Shown one piece after another: positions 24,301-38,100 of a stretch of DNA of 64,000 bases. Position 1 is the first letter of the stretch. Each line of letters opens with the position of its first letter. The DNA is from Mobula hypostoma (taxonomy: Eukaryota), in the NCBI RefSeq assembly GCF_963921235.1, contig NC_086109.1:10108001-10172000 (forward strand), written 5' to 3'. The notes below the pieces were generated by a model, which saw only the letters and a list, made by a program, of their open reading frames with translations, did no database searches and was not told the origin of the DNA. The position numbers were made by a program, and so were the translations under genes.

Positions 24301-26924
24301 CGCTTTGCTGCTGGAGAGGGGAGAGCCTACTGCTGTGCCCAGAGAATGTTACCCGGGTTTTCTGCCTTTTGGATGTGGACTTGGGCTATACATTTTCTTT
24401 CCGGTCTTATAATTCTTTATATTCTGTGTTTTTCGCCCAGTCTTTCTTATATTTTTGTGTGTGGGGGTGGATTTGGGGATCAACATGCCTGTTCCAGTTT
24501 GTTCATTTTTTTATGCGGGGAGGAGGGATTTTGGGGTTGATGTGCCTGTTCCGTTTTCGTTTTTTTTCTTGCAGGGAGGGGGAGGGGTTTGGTGGTCGAT
24601 GATCGTGCTGGTTTTCTTTTCTTTCTTGGTTTCATGGCTACCCGGAGAAGAAGGATTTCAGAGTTGTATACTTTGCTCATAAATGAACCTTTGAACCTTT
24701 GAAAAAAAAATGCAGCACAGTGAAAGATCATAATGAGGTGTATTCTTAGGTCAAGAGTCTATCTTATTATATAAGAGGACCATTCAAGAGTCTGATAACT
24801 GTGAGATAGAAGGTGTGCTTGAACCTGCTGGTACATATCTTCTGTCCGATGGGAGGGGGAAGCAGACGCTGTCTGGGATGAGTGATGGCTGCCTTACTGA
24901 GGCAGCAAATGAGTAAAAGTCTCATGAATGCCAAAAAGCACAAGATGACAACTATTATATGCATAAAAGAAATATTCCTCACATCCGCCTTATATTTTCC
25001 ACCTTTCAGTTCTCTGGTTTATGAGAAAGGTTCTCTCTCTGACCCATCAACACAGCCAAAGTACAAACAGCAGCCAAATGCCTAATTCTAACTAGTATTC
25101 CTTATAATAAAAAGAAATCTAGCAACTGCTATTTGCTGTACTTACTGGATGGGTGGTGGGGTGGAGATACATCTCTCTCAAAGAGGTGCAAGCACTCCTT
25201 CCCTCCAATAGCCTGCAGGTCTCCTTTGGGCAAGGTATCGCACCTGCTTAACCCCCGATCAAGGTCACGTGAAGTCATGGGATCAGGTGGTGGATGGTCG
25301 TATGAGCAGCTGGTGTATATCACAAGTCCTGGTTATGCAATCACTGACACCAGGCAGACAATCTCTGACGAGTATTGATAATGGTTGGGGTCACCCATCT
25401 TGTAAAGACACTGCCCAGAAGAAGACAATGGCAAACCAGTTCTGTGGAAAAAATTGCCAAAAACAATCATGGTCAAAGTCCATGATCACCCACGTCATAT
25501 GACACCACACATAATGATGAAGATGATGTACCTACTGAAGACAAATTGGAAGTGTATTTTCGTGGTTTGCATCTTCAAGTGTTTCGCAACCAAATTACTT
25601 TTGAAAAGCTGCCTAACACAGGCAGATGCAGAAGCTAATTTGCATATATACAAATTGCACAAGCATCAAAGGAGATGGGCAACATTAATTTGATGATCTT
25701 GGCTGATTAGATCGTTGAGAGGACACCTCCACCATTTGGAGAAAGTGCAAAGGTATTCCTCATCCAACTCAAAACACTAGATGCTGGAAGAGCTCAGCAG
25801 GCCATGCAGTATCTGCAGAAGGTGAAGCACCATGTTTCTCCCTCCACAGATGCTGCCTGATGTGCTGAAAAATTCCATCACTTACTACTTTTATTTCAGA
25901 TTTCCAGCATCTATGACACGAGAGATTCTGCAGATGCTGAAAATCTTGAGCAATCCACGTACACAATGCTGGAGGGACTCAGCTGGTCAGTCAGCATCAA
26001 TGGAAGGGAATAAACAGTCAAAAATTATGGACCAAGACCCTTAACCAGGACATCCAATGTCTGTAGATAATTTATTTTTTACTTTCCTTAGCAACTTCAT
26101 ATTAATTCTGTCAAGCCTCTCTTGTATAATTCAATAAAATCCACTCTCAATCATCTGAATTTTAGATTGCAGGTGTAAATGGTACAGCTTTTGTGAAGCT
26201 GGAGTCAGGCACTTTAAGGATTGTCCAAGGTCCGGAGAACATCATAGATAAGAGTTGGTTACCGCTGAGGACAGGCAGCAAATAGCTGGGTAACCACCAG
26301 GAGAGGCAGATGAATTCTCCATGGCCTTTCCCCTCAGCAACAAGTCTGGATACCCGGAATGATGGGGGGGGGGGGGGGATGCAGCATGGAATGCCTGATC
26401 AGGGCACAGCGGCCAGGTTAGTGACACTGTGATTGGTTCTAAGACTCAGCAAAGGAGGGTTAAAAACATCGAAGATTACAGCACAGGCACTTCGGCTCAA
26501 GATGTTTTACTCTACTCTAAGGTCAGTCTAACCCTTCCCTCTTATGTACTCTCCATTTTTCTATCATCCATGTGCCTGCCTAAGAATTTCTTAAATTAAG
26601 TCGAGGAGCACAATAGTGATAGTGAACTTGACCATTAAGGGGACATTCAGGAGATGCAGTGGTCACAGATGGTGCCAAGGCGAGGATGTCTCAGAGCAGG
26701 TCAGAATGGTAGGGTGAGCCATCAGAGTTCGTGGTACACAGTGGCACTGTAAAGACATCAGAGAGAATGGAGATGAGGTCCTGATCATCGAGTCCACACT
26801 CACCATCAAACACCCACTAATGGAGTATAGATTCATCTGTAGCGCCTAGCTGGATAAATATCTGGTCTCTGCAGGAACAAGGGGAGAGAGCAAGACTACA
26901 GAACCAGCCAGGCTGCTCTTCCAT

Positions 26925-27790
26925 AGAACCACTTCTCCCAGGACAGTCACCTTGTCGTAGTGGAGAGGCTTGTGAGTTCCTGAGATCTCGAAGAGTGATG
27001 ACATTTGGAATTTAGCCATTTGGCACTTAGCTCTTGGTACATTTGTTTGTTACATGCAGACTCACATGACATGGGTAGTCACATTCTCATGAGCATTACT
27101 GCTCTTGGTAAATTTTTCTATGGAATTGTTGTGCTATTGACTTCTTCTAGGAAGTGTCTTTACAAGACGGGTGACCCCACACATTATCAATACTCTTCAG
27201 AGTTTGTCTGCCTGGTGCCAGTGGTCACATAACCAGGAATTGTGATGTACACCAGCTGCTCATACGACCATCCACCACCTGCTCCCATGGCTTCACATGA
27301 CCCTGATCGGGGGGCTAAGCAGGTGCTACACCTTGCCCAAGGGTGACCTAGAGGCGAGCAGAGGGATGAAGCACCTTCCACCTCCTTTGGCAGAGACATA
27401 TCTCCACCCCGCTGGTTAAGTCACCCATTGTGGTAATGTCAAAGGGGAAGGTTCCAGACAAAGAGCGATCCAACCAAGTCCTCAATGGTGGGACTGGCAG
27501 CAGATGATGACACATCACAACGACAGTGAAGGCGGAGGAAACCTACAGTCTTTCCCAGTCATCTTCCCAGTTCCATACCATTGTACCTTGACCTCATTAT
27601 GTCAAGGATCACATGGTGGCTGCCCATGCATTAGCCTCCCCACGTCAAACACAATTATGCACTGGAACTCCACCCGAATGACCAGCATTAAGTCCGTGGA
27701 GATCAATATGGCAAAGGGAGCAAGATTGTGAGGTCTGGAATCGCTAGAAACCTCCCGACCGGATTGTTGCATCCAGAGAGGTCACCAGAT
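26925..27790 (+). mobile_element. RTE (Expander/BovB-like) 5' UTR remnant interrupted by the element at 27050-27412; related piece at 50820-51060(-)
   Basis: CACCTTGTCGTAGTGGAGAGGCTTG..GTCACCCAT..CCAGACAAAGAGCGATCC resembles RTE 5' ends. Confidence 0.55.
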
Positions 27791-27825
27791 GCATACAGAA
27801 ACAAAGCCCACCACGCAGCAGAAAA

Positions 27826-28794
27826 CACTCAGAGGCCACTTTATCAGGTACAGCTGCTCAGTGATGCAAATATCTCATCAGCCAATCATGTGGCAGCAAC
27901 TCAATGCATAAAAGCATGCAGCCATGGTCAAGAGGTTCAGATGTTACTTAGATCAAACATCAAATTGGGGAAGAAGTGTGATCTACGTCACTTTGACCAT
28001 GGAATGATTGGAGGTGCCTGACAGAGTGACAACGTAGCAAGCTCAGTTGTTTTGATTTACTACTGTTTGATATACAATGACCTGGATGACTGAGAAACTT
28101 CATAGACAGACAGGGTGGTCTGAGTATCTCAGAAACTGCTGATCTCCTGGGATTTTCATGCACAGCAGTCTCTTGAGTTTACTGAGAATGGTGTAAAAAT
28201 GAAAAAAAAAATCCTGTGAGTGGCAGTTCTGTGGGTGAAAACACCTTGTTAATGAGAGAGACACGTGTGGGCACATGGCCAAGCGGTTAAGGCATTGAAC
28301 TAGCGACCTAAAGGTCGTGAATTTGAGCCCCAGCCGAGACAATATGTTGTGTCCTTGAGCAAGGCACTTAATCACACATTGCTCTGCGACGACACTGGTG
28401 CCAAGCTGTATGGGTTCTAATGCCCTTCCCTTGGACAACATCGGTGTCGTGGAGAGGGGAGACTTGCAGCATGGGCAACTGCTGGTCTTCCATACAACCT
28501 TGCCCAGGCCTGCGCCCCGGAGAGTGAAGACTTTCCAGGCGCAGATCCATGGTCTCACAAGACTAACGGATCAGAGGAGAATGGCCAGACTGGTTCAAGC
28601 TGACAGAAAGGCAACAGTAACTCAGATGGCCACGTGTTACAACAGTGGCGTGTAGAAGATCATCTCTGAATGCACAACACGTCGAACCTTGAAGTTTATG
28701 AGCTACAGCAGCAGAAGGCTATGAACATATAGAAATACACACTATGGCCACATTATTAGGTACCTCCTGAGGCTAATAAAGTGGCCACTGAGTG
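27826..28794 (+). mobile_element. Internally deleted Tc1/mariner transposon
   Basis: TIRs CACTCAG(A/T)GGCCACTTTAT.. with TA at the right end. Transposase N-terminal remnant GKKCDL..FDHGMI..SISETADLLGFS..RRMARLVQADRKATVTQ. Confidence 0.85.
28268..28570 (+). mobile_element. tRNA-derived SINE with CORE-like block, nested in the Tc1 element; second copy 63157-63445(+)
   Basis: A box TGGCCAAGCGG, B box GAGTTCGAGCC (clearest in the second copy), TGTGTCCTTGAGCAAGGCACTTAA block. The two copies align closely. Confidence 0.8.
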
Positions 28795-30335
28795 TATGCG
28801 CCTCTCCCACCAATAGTCAACCCCTTCGGAGAACATAGTATTCGACTTGAGTGATCACACTATAACTACTACTACATAGAACCAGTACAGACCCAAGAGG
28901 TTGAATGGCCTTCTTCAGTCCTGTATCTGTTCTGTTACTATGATGTATTCACCCATTTCGCTGATCTGTTATTTTGTCAATGGCTCTGTGCAGAATGTCA
29001 CTACGTTACTCCATATTGTGTTTCAACTCTTGCATGGGAACCATTGCCTCATCAAGTTATGTCCCAGTAACCAGAGCATGTTGATCTTCAGAACTTGGAA
29101 TTGGCCACAAAGTTGATTAATTAGCAACGTGCAACACTTCTTTGCATTGGGTTTGTTCTGAATCATGACATTTTGGCTAAGTTGTAGCAGTGCTAAATCG
29201 GAAAATTTGACTTACGCAATATCGGCCCTCCAAAATGTCCATTAGGATTCAACAAGCTATCACGTTCTTGAATAGCCTCTCTTCTTGGTGTCATGGGAGC
29301 ATAGCGGTTATCACGACGCAATTACATCTTGGGGCATCAGAGCTCAGAGTTCAGTCGTGCCCTCCTCTGTAAGGGGGGGCGTACATTCTCCCTGTGGAAC
29401 GTGTAGGTTTTCTCCAGGTGCTCCTGTTTCATTCCGCAGTCCAAAGGCGTACCGGTTGGTAGGTTAATCGGTCATTGCAAATTGACCCGCGATTAGGCCA
29501 GGGTTAAATCGGTGGTTGTCAGGAGCTGTTTGGGCAGCACAGCTCAGAGGACCTGTTCCATGCTGTGTCTGTAAATAAGTAAAACAAATTCTCTTTTACA
29601 GGCTGTTCACCAGAATCAGAATCAAAACTTGGGGTGGCATGGTAGCCAGGCTTTTAGCATAGAGCTGTTGCAGTACCAGTAACCCAGGTTCAATTCCCGC
29701 TGCTGTCTATAAGAAGTTTATGCATTCTCCCTGTGACCACATGGGTTTCCTCTGGGTTCTCCAGTTTCCAACTTCCACACTCCACATTCCAAAGACTCTC
29801 TTTTGGTCAGAATTGGAACGTATTTGACATGTTTAGTCACATTTGCTCACATGAGTGTAATTAAGGTAGCTTGGGCTGGTTGGACCAGAAGGGCCTGTTG
29901 CCATGCTGTATCTCTAAACAAAGATGAATAAGTCATAAACAAAATCAGAATCAGGTTTCCTTTGTTGTTTACTGGCAACATAAGAACCACTGTAAGTTAC
30001 GATACGAATAGTGCAAAAAAAGAGCTAGATAGTGAGGTGGGGTTCCTGAGTTGTTGGACCACTTACAAATCTGATAGCAGAGGGAAAGAAACTGTTCCCA
30101 AAACACTGAATGTGCGTCTTCAGGCCCCTGTACCTCCTCCCTGATGGTAGTGATGAGAAGAGAACATGAACTGGATGGTGAGGGTCCTTCATGATTGAGG
30201 CCACCTTCTTGAGGTATCACCTTTTGAAGATGTCCTCAATGGTAGGGAGGCTAGAGCCTGTGATGGAGCTGGCTGAGTTTACAATCCTCTGTGGTTTTTC
30301 CGATCCTATGCATTGGTGACTCCATGCCAGATGGT

Positions 30336-31005
30336 AATAGACAATAGACAATAGGTGCGGAAGTAGACCATTCAGCCTTTCAAGCCTTTCCATTCTGAGA
30401 TCATGGCTGATCATCTACTATCAATACCCGGTTCCTGCCTTGTCCCCATAACCCTTGATTCCCCTATCCATAAGATACCTATCTAGCTCCTTCTTGAAAG
30501 CATCCAGAGAATTGGCCTCCACTGCCTTCTGAGGCAGCGCGTTCCACACCTCCTCAACTCTCTGGGAGAAGAAGTTCCTCCTCAACTCTGTCCTAAATAA
30601 CCTACCCCTTATTCTTAAACCATGCCCTCTGGTACTGGACTCTCCCAGCATCTGGAACATATTTCCTGCCTCTATCTTGTCCAATCCCTTAATAATCTTA
30701 TATGTCTCAATCTGATCTCCCTCAATCCCTTAATTCCAGCGTGTACAAGCCCAGTTTCTCTAACCTCTCTGCGTAAGACAGTCCGGACATCCCAGGAATT
30801 AACCTAGTGAACCTACGCTGCACATCCTCCACAGCCAGGATGTCCCTCCTTATCCCTGGAGACCAAAACTGCACACAATACTCCAGGTGTGGTCTCACCA
30901 GGGCCCTGTACAAATGCAAAAGGATTTCCTTGCTCTTGTATTCAATTCCCTTTGTAATAAAGGCCAACATTCCATTAGCCTTCTTCACTGCCTGCTGCAC
31001 TTGCA
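30336..31005 (-). mobile_element. CR1 3' fragment
   Basis: LYRALVRPHLEYCVQFWSP and a (TCTATTG)n tail. Confidence 0.85.
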
Positions 31006-31289
31006 CCAATCAAAATGGTCTCCCAAGATACATCTATTTGGTGCCATACCAAATCCCCTCAAATTCCTAATGGAGGATAGCCGCTGGCTACTGTCACAAG
31101 GGAAATGCTGAACTCTAACTCCTATTGAGATGGCAACGCTGACCCTGTGGTCCCTCTACCAAAAGTTTCTTCAACAGCACCATTGGCAGGAAGATCAATC
31201 GCTGAGACCCAACGACAATGGAGGAACAGACAATATTAATCCATTAAGATACAGTACAGCATTCTCCAGTAGAGTGAACAGTGCAGTGT

Positions 31290-31972
31290 TTAGCAATTTA
31301 GGACACTGGAATCTGCTGCGCAGATTGACTGTGTTGTTAAGAAGGTATAAGGCGTATTGGCCTTTATCAACAGTGGAATTGAGTTCAAGAGCTGAGAGGT
31401 GATGTTACAGCTATATAGGACCCCGGTCAGACCCCACTTGGAGTACTGTGCTCATTTCTGGTCACCTCACTACAGGAAGGATGTGGAAACTATAGAAAGG
31501 GTGCAGAGGAGATTTACAAGAATGTTGCCTGGATTGGGGAGCATGTCTTATGAGAATAGCTTGAGTGAACTTGGCCTTTTCTCCTTGGAGTGACGGAGGA
31601 TGAGAAGTGACCTGATAGAGGTGCATAAGTTGATGAGAGGCGTTGATCATGTGGATAGTCAGAGGCTTTTTCCCAGGGCTGAAATGGCTAACACGAGAGG
31701 GCACAGTTTTAAGGTGCTTGGAAGTAGGTACAGAGGAGATGTCAGGGTAAGTTTTTACACAGAGAGGTGAGTGTGTGGAATGGGCTGCTGGCAGCGGTGG
31801 TGGAGGCGGATATGATAGCGTCTTTTAAGAGACTCCTGGATAGGTATAAGGAGCTCAGAAAAATCAAGGGCTATGGGTAACCCTAGGTAATTTCTCAGGT
31901 AAGGGCATGTTCGGTGCAGCTTTGTGGGCTGAAGGGCCTGTATTTTGCTGTAGGTCTTCCATGTTTCTATGT
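31290..31972 (+). mobile_element. CR1 3' fragment (further fragments 33675-34170+, 50250-50815+, 57295-58130+)
   Basis: RPHLEYCAHFWSPHYRKDVETIERVQRRFTRM and a TTCTATG tail. Confidence 0.8.
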
Positions 31973-34900
31973 TTAATTGAACCCGGGTCACCTGTACTGT
32001 AAAGCGCTGAGCTAACCACTACGTTGCCATGTCACCTAATTATCATTTTCCCTGAAGGACATTGGTGAATCGCAGTGCTACATAGCAAAGTAGTACACAC
32101 AAGAGAAAACCTGCAGAGGCTTGAAATCTGAGCAACACACACACAAGATGCTGGAGAGGCTCAGCAGGTCAGGCAGCATCTATGGAATAAACATTGACTG
32201 TTGCTGCCTGACTTGTTGACTTCTTTCAGGAATTTGCATATGTATTTGATTTAATTAGAGATACAGCAATGGTAACAGGTCCTTCTCGTCCAACGAGCTC
32301 ATGTATCCAATTACACATGTGAGACTACGGGATTGCTCAGCACACACAAGATGTGGAGGAACTCAGCAGGTCACTCAGTATCTATAAAGGGTGATAAGCA
32401 GTTGACATTTTGGGCTGATACCCTTCAGCTAGACTCTTCATGAGATAGAAGCTGTCCTTGACCCTGTTGGTATGAACTTTTAAGCTCTTGTATCTAGACT
32501 TGAGCCCAATCACTAAAGTTTAGCAAAACTATGACCACTTTGCACTAACCTAGTCTTTGCTGTTTTTTGTTCTAATTCTGTTCTTTCTTGCAAAAATTCT
32601 CGTGACTGCTGCTTGTCTGATGCTCTGTGCCTGAGATACTGCTGCAAGTAAGTTTTTCATTGCACCTGTAACACACCTGAAATGTACTACGACAGTGAAC
32701 TTGACTTTGACTTTGACAGTGAAGCAAATATCCCCAAAAACATTCCTCAGATGCCACAGTAGGAGTTTCCAACAAGTATCAGTCCTGGTTTTTAAATGCC
32801 TATCTTCTAGCATAACCACTAATGCTTCACTAAATATAAGCAAGTACTTAATTCAGGGCTCATTTTCACTCTGGCTGTGTTTGGATGGATTTCTTTTGGC
32901 AACGGCTGCTCATTTTGTATCCTTTGGTGATTGTAAGTCAAAGTTTGAAACTACAGGAGCAGTGGCTCTCACTCCTGACAAGGACTGGTTCAAAAAGTTG
33001 GCGATCTCGAGAGATCTGTGATTGAAACATAAACAGGTTTCACTTGGAAACAGCTTCAATAAAGCTAAACCAAGTGAATCCTGCTTGACGCTATAAGGAA
33101 GATATCACACCATTAGTAAGATATTAAGCAGAGGGCTTGGCACAGGACTACGGCAAGAGAAAGCGAGAAAGGATTTCTCCTCCAGCTAAGGCACGGATAG
33201 CGTCATAGCAATTTTACAATTCTATGAGGAAGAGCTGCTTAAAAATATTTTGAAAAGCTCTTTAATAAGTTATTGACCATGTATTATTGAGGACCGTCAA
33301 GGAGATGCGGAATCTCCTAACGGGTTTGCTCCAGGGTCGTCCAGTGATCTGGGTGGCAGGCAGTCGGGGGCTCTGACCAAGTGGATTACCCTCACCCCCC
33401 CCCAACTCTTCTGGGGTTACATCCGTACCGGGCATCCTTTGAAAATGTACATGCAGTGCCCTTGGACATAAAGGGGGATATTTTTAAATCAAGATTAGCT
33501 TTATTTGTTACATGAACATCGAAACATATAGTGCAATGCTTTGTTCATTTCACAACCAGCACAGTCTGAGGGCGTGGTGGGAGCCTCCCATAAGTGCCAC
33601 CATGCTTCTGGCACCAATATAACAAGCCCACAACTTATTACCACTTACTTGCCTGTGTTTCTTTGGAAATATGGGAGGGTGCAGAAGAGGTTCACCAGAA
33701 TGCCTCCTGGTTTAGAGGGCATGTGCTGTCATGAGAGGCTGAATAAACTTGGGTTGCTTTCTCTGGAGCAGCGGTGGCTCAGGTGAGAGCTTATAGAGGT
33801 TTATAAGATTACGAGAGGCATAGATAGAGTGGACAAGGAGTATCTGTTGCCCAGGGTTGAAATGTCTAATACTAGAGGGCATGCAGTGAAGGTGAGAGGG
33901 GGGTAGGTTCAAGGGGGATGTGAGGGGAAAGTTTTTTACTGAGAGAGTCATGGATGCCTGGGATGCGCTGCCTGGTATGGTGGCCGAGGCAAATACATTG
34001 AAGGTTTTTAAGAAACATTTGGATAGGCACATGGATGTAAGGAAGATGGAGGGATATGGACATTGTGTAGATAGGAGGGATTAATGTTTGGGTGTTTTTG
34101 ATTTGCTGCTTAGCTGGTTTGGTACAACATTGTGGGTCAGATGGCCTGCTCTGTGCTCTACTGTTCTGTGTTCTCCTTCCTACATAAACTGGAACACCCG
34201 GAGGAAACCTGCACGGTCATGGGGAGAACGTATAAACTCCTCACAGGCACTGGGAGAATTGAACCCGTGTTGCTGGCGCTGTAAAAGCGCTAGGCTAACC
34301 ACAATGCTACCGTGCCATCTCTAAACCACCATGCTGTAGGCCCTACTCTCCAGAATTAGAAACATAGAAACATAGATACGGGCCCAAAACTACTCAGAAT
34401 ACTCTGTGTGGCCTAACCAATACTTTATAAAGTCTCAGCATTACATCCTTACTTTTATATTCCAGTCCTCCTGAAATAAATGCTAACGTTGCATTTGTCT
34501 TGGTTAATATTGACTCAAGCTGCAAGTTGGTATCCTGCAGTAGGACTCCCAAGCCCCTTTGCACCTCTGAATTTTGAATTTTCTCCCCATATAGAAAAAT
34601 AATCTACACCTTTATTCCTAAGTGCATGACCATACACTTCTCAACACTCGATTCCTTCTGCCACTTCTTTGCCCATTCTCCCGATCTATCTGAGTCCATC
34701 TGCCGACTCCCTGCTTCCTAATACTACCTGCCCCTCCACCTGTCTTTGTATCATCTGCAAACTTGGCCACAAGACCATCAATTCTATCATCCAAATCATT
34801 GACATCAACTTCATCAACTTTATTCAACTTTATTGTCATTGTACCGAGTACAGATACAAAGCCAATGAAATGCATTTAGCATCTGACCAGAAATGCAAAG

Positions 34901-35182
34901 AATATTGCTATTTACAAAATAACTGCAAATAAAAAAAGTGCTACAGCACACAAATATAAAAGTACTGAGACAGTACAATATGGGTACAATACTGCTTAGC
35001 GCTGTGATGTGAAGTTCAGCAGGGTCACAGCCTCAGGGAAGAAGCTCTTCCTGTGCCTGCTGGTGCGGGAGCGGAGGCTCCTGTAGCGCCTACCAGATGG
35101 GAGGAGAGTAAAAAGTCCATGGTTAGGGTGAGATGCATCCCTGATAATGTTTTTCGCCCTGCCCAGGCAGCATTTATGGTAG

Positions 35183-38100
35183 ATAGAAACATAGAAACAT
35201 AGAAAATAGGTGCAGGAGTAGGCCATTCGGCCCTTCGAGCCTGCACCGCCATTTATTATGATCATGGCTGATCATCCAACTCAGAACCCAGCCTTCCCTC
35301 CATACCCCCTGACCCCTGTAGCCACAAGGGCCATATCTAACTTCCTTTTAAACATAGCTAATGAACTGGCCTCAACAGTTTGCTGTGGCAGAGAATTCCA
35401 CAGATTCACCACTCTCTGTGTGAAGAAGTTTTTCCTAACCTCGGTCCTAAAAGGCTTCCCCTCTATCCTCAAACTGTGACCCCTCGTTCTAGACCTCCCC
35501 AACATCGGGAACAATCTTCCTGCATCTAGCCTGTCCAATCCCTTTAGGATCTTATACGTTTCAATCAGATCCCCCCTCAATCTTCTAAATTCCAACGAGT
35601 ACAAGCCCAGTTCATCCAGTCTTTCTTCATATGAAAGACCTGCCATCCCAGGAATCAATCTGGTGAACCTTCTTTGTACTCCCTCTATGGCAAAGATGTC
35701 TTTCCTCAGATTAGGGGACCAAAACTGCACACAATACTCCAGGTGTGGTCTCACCAAGGCCTTGTACAACTGCAGTAGTACCTCCCTGCTCCTGTACTCG
35801 AATCCTCTCGCTATAAATGCCAGCATACCGTTCGCCTTTTTCACCGCCTGCTGTACCTGCATGCCCACTTTCAATGACTGGTGTATAATGACACCCAGGT
35901 CTCGTTGCACCTCCCCTTTTCCTAATCGGCCACCATTCAGATAATAATCTGTTTTCCTATTTTTGCCACCAAAGTGGATAACTTCACATTTATCCACATT
36001 AAATTGCATCTGCCATGAGTTTGCCCACTCACCCAACCTATCCAAGTCACCCTGCATCCTCTTAGCATCCTCCTCACTGCTAACACTGCCACCCAGCTTC
36101 GTGTCATCCGCAAACTTGGAGATGCTGCATTTAATTCCCTCATCCAAGTCATTAATATATATTGTAAACAACTGGGGTCCCAGCACTGAGCCTTGCGGTA
36201 CCCCACTAGTCACCGCCTGCCATTCTGAAAAGGTCCCGTTTATTCCCACTCTTTGCTTCCTGTCTGCTAACCAATTCTCCACCCACACCAATACCTTACC
36301 CCCAATACCGTGTGCTTTAAGTTTGCACACTAATCTCCTATGTGGGACCTTGTCAAAAGCCTTTTGAAAATCCAAATATACCACATCCACTGGTTCTCCC
36401 CTATCCACTCTACTAGTTACATCCTCAAAAAATTCTATGAGATTCGTCAGACATGATTTTCCTTTCACAAATCCATGCTGACTTTGTCCGATCATTTCAC
36501 CGCTTTCCAAATGTGCTGTTATCACATCCTTGATAACTGACTCCAGCAGTTTCCCCACCACCGACGTTAGGCTAACCGGCCTATAATTCCCCGGTTTCTC
36601 TCTCCCTCCTTTTTTAAAAAGTGGGGTTACATTAGCCACCCTCCAATCCTCAGGAACTAGTCCAGAATCTAACGAGTTTTGAAAAATTATCACTAATGCA
36701 TCCACTATTTCTTGGGCCACTTCCTTAAGCACTCTGGGATGCAGACCATCTGGCCCTGGGGATTTATCTGCCTTCAATCCCTTCAATTTACCTAACACCA
36801 CTTCCCTACTAACATGTATTTCGCTCAGTTCCTCCATCTCACTGGACCCTCTGTCCCTTACTATTGCTGGAAGATTATTTATGTCCTCCTTAGTGAAGAC
36901 AGAACCAAAGTAATTATTCAATTGGTCTGCCATGTCCTTGCTCCCCATAATCAATTCACCTGTTTCTGTTTGCAGGGGACCTACATTTGTCTTTATCAGT
37001 CTTTTCCTTTTTACATATCTATAAAAGCTTTTACAGTCCGTTTTTATGTTCTCTGCCAGTTTTCTCTCATAATCTTTTTTCCCCTTCCTAATTAAGCCCT
37101 TTGTCCTCCTCTGCTGAACTCTGAATTTCTCCCAGTCCTCAGGTGAGCCACTTTCTCTGGCTAATTTGTATGCTACTTCTTTGGAATTGATACTATCCCT
37201 AATTTCTCTTGTCAGCCACGGGTGCACTACCTTCCTTGATTTATTCTTTTGCCAAACTGGGATGAACAATTGTTGTAGTTCATCCATGCAACCTTTAAAT
37301 GCCTGCCATTGCATATCCACCGTCAATCCTTGAAGTGTCATTTGCCAGTCTATCTTAGCTAATTCATGTCTCATACCTTCAAAGTTACCCCTCTTTAAGT
37401 TCAGAACCTTTGTTTCTGAATTAACTACGTCACTCTCCATGTTAATGAAGAATTCCACCATATTATGGTCACTCTTACCCAAGGGGCCTCTCACGACAAG
37501 ATCGCTAATTAACCCTTCCTCATTTCTCAAAACCCAGTCCAGAATAGCCTGCTCTCTAGTCGGTTCCTCGACATGTTGGTTCAAAAAACCATCCCGCATA
37601 CATTCCAAGAAATCCTCTTCCTCAGCACCTTTACCAATTTGGTTCACCCAGTCTACATGTAGATTGAAGTCACCCATTATAACTGCTGTTCCTTTATTGC
37701 ACACATTTCTAATTTCCTGTTTAATACCATCTCCGACCTCACTACTACTGTTAGGTGGCCTGTACACAACTCCCACCAGCGTCTTCTGCCCCTTAGTGTT
37801 ACGCAGCTCTACCCATATCGATTCCACATCTTCCCGGCTTATGTCCTTCCTTTCTATTGCGTTAATCTCTTTTTTAACCAGCAACGCCACCCCACCTCCC
37901 CTTCCTTCGTGTCTATCCCTCCTGAATATTGAATATCCCTGAACGTTGAGCTCCCATCCCTGGTCACCCTGGAGCCATGTCTCTGTGATCCCAACTATAT
38001 CATAATCATTAATAACAATCTGCACTTTCAATTCATCCACCTTATTACGAATGCTCCTTGCATTGACACATAAAGCCTTCAGGCACTCTTTTACAACTCT

